This document shows positions 15,967 to 20,000 of a stretch of DNA of 20,000 nt, piece by piece. The notes under the pieces are model-generated. The model was not told the DNA's origin and searched no databases. It was given only the letters and a program-made list of their open reading frames with translations. Both the position numbers and the translations under genes were made by a program. The stretch is from sequence record SRR22947727_95; one strand, 5' to 3'. Within the stretch, counting starts at the first letter, position 1. The number at the start of each line of letters is the position of its first letter.

Positions 15967-17787
15967 ATGGCTATTTCAAGACGTAAGCTTCTTAAATTCT
16001 CTTCAGCAGCAGCAGTATCATCATCAATAGCAACAAATAGTTTCGCAGGTTTACATGCTGACTCGATATCAGGCGAAGTTCTTTTAGAGCAAGCTACTAA
16101 ATTCATATTATCTGCATATCCAGAAAGCGCTTCAAGCGCTGGTATTGATAAAGGTATTAATAAGAAATTTAAATCTCAACTAACAGACCGGTCGATTGAG
16201 GGACAACTCCATATCAAAAAAAATATATTAAAATTACAGAAAAAACTTAAAAATGTTAGTTTAAGAAATGTTTCATCTGAAACTCAACTTAATTTAAAAG
16301 TTGTAAAATCAGTATTCGATTTGGCAGTAAAGGGTTTTGAATTTTCATTTGGTGATGTTGCGGTACTAAACCCTAATTGGTCTTATAGAAATAGTCCTTA
16401 TATAGTTTCGCAGAATACTGGTTCTTATGTAGAAATTCCATCATTTTTAGAGTCATCTCATTCCATTCAAACAGCTCAAGATTCTGAACAATACATTGAA
16501 CGAATGAAGTCATATGCTCATCAACTGAATGGTGAAACAGAAAGAGTAAGGCAAACTAATGTTACTTTACCTAACTTTTTAATGCAAAAAACAATTGCTC
16601 AACTCCAACAGCAAAGAAACAGTAATATCGTAGATTGGACTATTATTAAAAATTTGGCTTCAAAAGCTGATAAGAAATACCTTTCTGATGCCATCTTGGT
16701 CGCTAATGAAAATATAAAGCCTGCACTGGAAAATCAAATTAAGGCACATATCGCAAAAAATTCCCTTACAACATCGGATGCAGGTGTATGGGCTAAAAAA
16801 GATGGAGATGCATACTATTCATGGGCTTTAAAAGCTGGAACAACTACTGATATGACTCCAGATGAAGTTCATGAAATGGGATTAGAAGAGCTTAAAGCAT
16901 TACATTCAAAAATGGATCCTATATTGAAGTCAGTTGGATATTCGCAAGGTTCTGTGGGTGATAGAATGTTGGCATTAAGTAGAGATGACAGGTATTTATT
17001 TAAAAAGGGAGACCCCGGGCGTCTTGAGATAATGAGCTTTATTGATGATGTCATTAAGGACATCAGAAACCGTATGCCCCAAGCCTTCAATACATTAGTA
17101 CCAGGTTTTTTGGAGGTTACTCGAATTGCTCCAGAAATAGAAGCAGGTGCACCTGGTGCTTATGGTGGAGCAGGCTCTATCGACGGAACTCAGCCAGGTC
17201 ATTTTTGGATAAATTTAAGGTCAACAAATCTGCATAATAAGTTCAACCTTGCAGATTTAACATATCATGAAGCAATACCGGGCCATGTTTGGCAAGGCGA
17301 ATACACATTTAAACAACCTCTAATTCGTTCTCTTTTAGCATTTAATGCATACTCAGAAGGTTGGGCGCTATATGCACAACAAATAGCTGATGAACTTGGT
17401 GTATATAATGAATTTCCAGCAGGACGTTTAGGCTACTTGCAATCTCTAGCGTTTAGAGCTTGTAGATTAGTTGTTGATACAGGCCTTCATGCTAAAAGAT
17501 GGACTCGTGAAGAGGCAATTAATTGGTTTATTCAGAACAATGGATCAAGCTATGATGAAGTTCAAAGTGAAGTAGACCGTTATTGTGCCTGGCCAGGCCA
17601 AGCATGTGGCTATAAAGTGGGTCATTCTGCTATTAACAAATTAAGAGAGAATGCAAAATTAAAGCTTGGTACAAATTTTGATTACAAAAGCTTTAACGAC
17701 ACCTTAGTGCTTGGAGGAAATGTACCAATGACTGTTCTAAAAAATGAAATAAATAGCTATATCAATAAACAAGTATCTAAAATTTAA
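15967..17787 (+). CDS. DUF885-family protein with Tat signal (putative periplasmic metallopeptidase-like protein)
   Basis: Twin-arginine signal SRRKLLK; family motifs [51 protein letters not shown] and LGGNVPM. Confidence 0.92.
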   Translation: MAISRRKLLKFSSAAAVSSSIATNSFAGLHADSISGEVLLEQATKFILSAYPESASSAGIDKGINKKFKSQLTDRSIEGQLHIKKNILKLQKKLKNVSLRNVSSETQLNLKVVKSVFDLAVKGFEFSFGDVAVLNPNWSYRNSPYIVSQNTGSYVEIPSFLESSHSIQTAQDSEQYIERMKSYAHQLNGETERVRQTNVTLPNFLMQKTIAQLQQQRNSNIVDWTIIKNLASKADKKYLSDAILVANENIKPALENQIKAHIAKNSLTTSDAGVWAKKDGDAYYSWALKAGTTTDMTPDEVHEMGLEELKALHSKMDPILKSVGYSQGSVGDRMLALSRDDRYLFKKGDPGRLEIMSFIDDVIKDIRNRMPQAFNTLVPGFLEVTRIAPEIEAGAPGAYGGAGSIDGTQPGHFWINLRSTNLHNKFNLADLTYHEAIPGHVWQGEYTFKQPLIRSLLAFNAYSEGWALYAQQIADELGVYNEFPAGRLGYLQSLAFRACRLVVDTGLHAKRWTREEAINWFIQNNGSSYDEVQSEVDRYCAWPGQACGYKVGHSAINKLRENAKLKLGTNFDYKSFNDTLVLGGNVPMTVLKNEINSYINKQVSKI

Positions 17788-18770
17788 GTTAACAAAGCTT
17801 CGGCTGCAAGTACGCTAAATATTGCAAAAAGATACACAATAGAATAGGCAAATAAATTCCGAGCAGCCCGATCACCTGATTTTACTGCGTATAGGGAAGT
17901 ATCAGTCTTGTCTTCAGGAATTTCACCAGCCTTAGATCTCCAAACTTTAAATGCTAAAGCAACAAATCCTATATTTAGCGGTATAGAGCAAACAGCATAT
18001 AAGCTTCCAGAGAGGCCAGAAAAAATAGGAAGAATGGCAATAATAAAAAGAATCAAAGAATAAAACATAATTTGCTTACGTGTTGAAGCCGGTCCTTTAA
18101 CATTAGGCATCATAGGAATTCCAACTTTTTCATAATCTATTGTTTTATACAAAGCTAATGCCCAAAAGTGAGGTGGTGTCCATATAAATATCAGCATAAA
18201 GAGCATAACTGAGTCCAAGGAAATGTCTCCAGTAACGGCTGCCCAACCAATCATAGGGGGAAATGCACCCGCAGCTCCTCCAATCACAATGTTTTGAGGG
18301 GTTCTACGCTTGAGCCATATGGTGTAAATTACCAAGTAAAAAAATATAGTAAATGCTAACAGTAATGCCGCAACAAAATTAGATGCTATATGTAGCATCC
18401 ATACTGAAGCTATACTAACTAGGATTCCAAAACCTAAAGCAGCTCTAGGGTGCATTTTACCTTGAGGTAAGGGTCTCTTCTTTGTTCTTGACATTTCAGC
18501 ATCAATATCAGCATCATACCACATATTTAATGCTCCAGAAGCACCGGCTCCAGCTGCAATGCATAATATCGATACAAACCCATTCCAGAGCGATATACTT
18601 CCAGGAGCAAGAACTAGACCAGCCCAGGCTGTAAAAACCACCAAGCTCATCACCCTAGGCTTCATCAAAGCAATAAAATCTGAGGGTTTAGCTAAAGAAA
18701 TACCAGATGTATTAAAGGCCACGTCAGATAACGTAGCCTTTGTATCGAGGGTATTATTAGAATTAACCAC
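17784..18770 (-). CDS. ctaB: Heme O synthase (protoheme IX farnesyltransferase)
   Basis: [41 protein letters not shown] and WTPPHFWAL motifs; the GTG start overlaps the ctaD stop (TAGTG). Confidence 0.97.
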   Translation of the reverse strand: MVNSNNTLDTKATLSDVAFNTSGISLAKPSDFIALMKPRVMSLVVFTAWAGLVLAPGSISLWNGFVSILCIAAGAGASGALNMWYDADIDAEMSRTKKRPLPQGKMHPRAALGFGILVSIASVWMLHIASNFVAALLLAFTIFFYLVIYTIWLKRRTPQNIVIGGAAGAFPPMIGWAAVTGDISLDSVMLFMLIFIWTPPHFWALALYKTIDYEKVGIPMMPNVKGPASTRKQIMFYSLILFIIAILPIFSGLSGSLYAVCSIPLNIGFVALAFKVWRSKAGEIPEDKTDTSLYAVKSGDRAARNLFAYSIVYLFAIFSVLAAEALLT

Positions 18771-20000
18771 TAATGCTCATCATTTTCTTCAATACGAGGC
18801 AAGGTATTAAACTGATGATAAGGTGGAGGAGAAGAAAGTGTCCATTCAAGAGTAGTAGCACCTTCTCCCCAATAATTTTCACTAGCTGGTCTTTTACGAA
18901 TAAATGCTTCAATCAACATCAATAAGAAAAAAGCAACCCCTGCTAAAGTAATATATGCACCAAATGATGATACTTGGTTCCAAAGTTCAAATTCTTGCGG
19001 ATAGTCAACATAGCGTCTCGGCATCCCATTAAGTCCAAGAAAATGCTGTGGAAAGAATATGACATTTACACCTATAAAAAATAACCAAAAATGAATTGCT
19101 GCAAGCCATTTATTGTAGAGATACCCTGACATTTTGCCAAACCAATAGTAAAAACCACAAAATATACCAAAAACAGCTCCCATGGATAACACATAATGGA
19201 AATGGGCCACAACATAGTAAGTATCATGTAATGCAACATCTACTCCCGCATTAGCAAGCATAACACCAGTAACCCCTCCTATAACAAATAAGAATATAAA
19301 TGCTAAAGCCCATTGCATAGGAATAGTAAAAGAGATCGAACCGCCCCACATTGTAGCAAGCCATGAAAATATTTTTACACCTGTAGGCACAGCAATGACT
19401 AATGTTGCAGCAAGAAAGTATGCCTTTAAGTCAACATCCATACCAACAGTATACATATGATGGGCCCATACTACAAAGCCAACAACACCAATCGCTACCA
19501 TGGCGTAAGCCATTCCTAAATAACCAAAAATTGGTTTTTTTGAGAAAGTAGATACAACGTGTGATACCATTCCAAAGGCGGGAAGTATCATAATATAAAC
19601 CTCAGGGTGCCCAAAAAACCAAAATAGATGCTGAAACATCTCAGGGTCGCCACCCATGGCTGGATCGAAAAATCCAGTACCACCGTCAATTCTATCCGTA
19701 AATAGCATAAACAAAGAGGCAGCAAGAACTGGGAGAGCTAGGAGTAGTAAAAAGGCGGTAACTAAAACTGACCAAGCAAACAAAGGCATTTTATGCATAG
19801 TCATACCCGGTGCTCGCATATTTAAGATAGTTGTAATAAAATTAATCGCGCCAAATATTGAAGAAAAACCAGCTGCAAGTAAGCCAATAATTATAAAATC
19901 AAAAGCAGGTCCTGGCGCGCCACTTGTAGAAAGAGGCGGGTACATTACCCATCCGCCCCCAAAACCATTACCTGTTGCAGAGAGCAATCGTTCAATGCCA
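18770..20000 (-). CDS. ctaD: Cytochrome c oxidase subunit I, A1-type aa3 (5'-partial)
   Basis: Frame is open to the window edge ([10 protein letters not shown]...). Contains [15 protein letters not shown] (A1-type Glu and cross-linked Tyr), WAHHM, K-channel PTGVK, HFHYV and GMPRRY. Confidence 0.98.
   Translation of the reverse strand, partial: GIERLLSATGNGFGGGWVMYPPLSTSGAPGPAFDFIIIGLLAAGFSSIFGAINFITTILNMRAPGMTMHKMPLFAWSVLVTAFLLLLALPVLAASLFMLFTDRIDGGTGFFDPAMGGDPEMFQHLFWFFGHPEVYIMILPAFGMVSHVVSTFSKKPIFGYLGMAYAMVAIGVVGFVVWAHHMYTVGMDVDLKAYFLAATLVIAVPTGVKIFSWLATMWGGSISFTIPMQWALAFIFLFVIGGVTGVMLANAGVDVALHDTYYVVAHFHYVLSMGAVFGIFCGFYYWFGKMSGYLYNKWLAAIHFWLFFIGVNVIFFPQHFLGLNGMPRRYVDYPQEFELWNQVSSFGAYITLAGVAFFLLMLIEAFIRKRPASENYWGEGATTLEWTLSSPPPYHQFNTLPRIEENDEH

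Noticed and set aside
15967..17787. DUF885 gene as a mobile element or recent foreign island
   Set aside because: No transposase/integrase, no terminal repeats seen, and base composition looks similar to the flanks by eye.
3092..18810. Other short nested ORFs in the track (3092-3301, 3876-4058, 5035-5223, 7498-7713, 7574-7759, 9955-10158, 10074-10283, 13755-13964, 14055-14255, 15247-15435, 16869-17090, 18559-18810)
   Set aside because: All lie essentially within well-supported genes, are 60-83 aa and lack motifs; expected by chance.
1..20000. CRISPR arrays, tRNA/rRNA, prophage or defence genes
   Set aside because: No regularly spaced repeats, cloverleafs or such protein motifs seen; nearly all sequence is accounted for by housekeeping genes.

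Overview
AT-rich (roughly mid-30s % GC by eye, not computed), gene-dense alphaproteobacterial core-genome window. Protein signatures and gene order point to a Caulobacterales/Hyphomonadales-like organism. It contains the 3' end of smc, the F0 ATP synthase operon (atpI-atpB-atpE-b'-atpF), and a glycine cleavage operon (gcvT-H-PA-PB) under a tandem glycine riboswitch. It also holds an unknown lipoprotein plus argS, ispH-rnhA, a Prx5-type peroxiredoxin, and most of an aa3 cytochrome c oxidase cluster (ctaD-ctaB // coxF-like-ctaG-ctaE-surf1-RimJ-like GNAT). I see no mobile element, CRISPR array, tRNA or rRNA, and no clearly novel multi-gene system. The most notable observations are architectural. 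(1) A Tat-exported DUF885 gene sits antisense in the middle of the cox operon, a candidate noncontiguous operon. (2) A 34-aa in-frame DUF983 remnant, missed by the ORF track, overlaps both ctaE and surf1 and may act as a translational-coupling bridge. (3) Both thrB and thrC are cleanly absent from their usual syntenic positions. (4) A 54-aa CoxF-like membrane protein is also missed by the ORF track.
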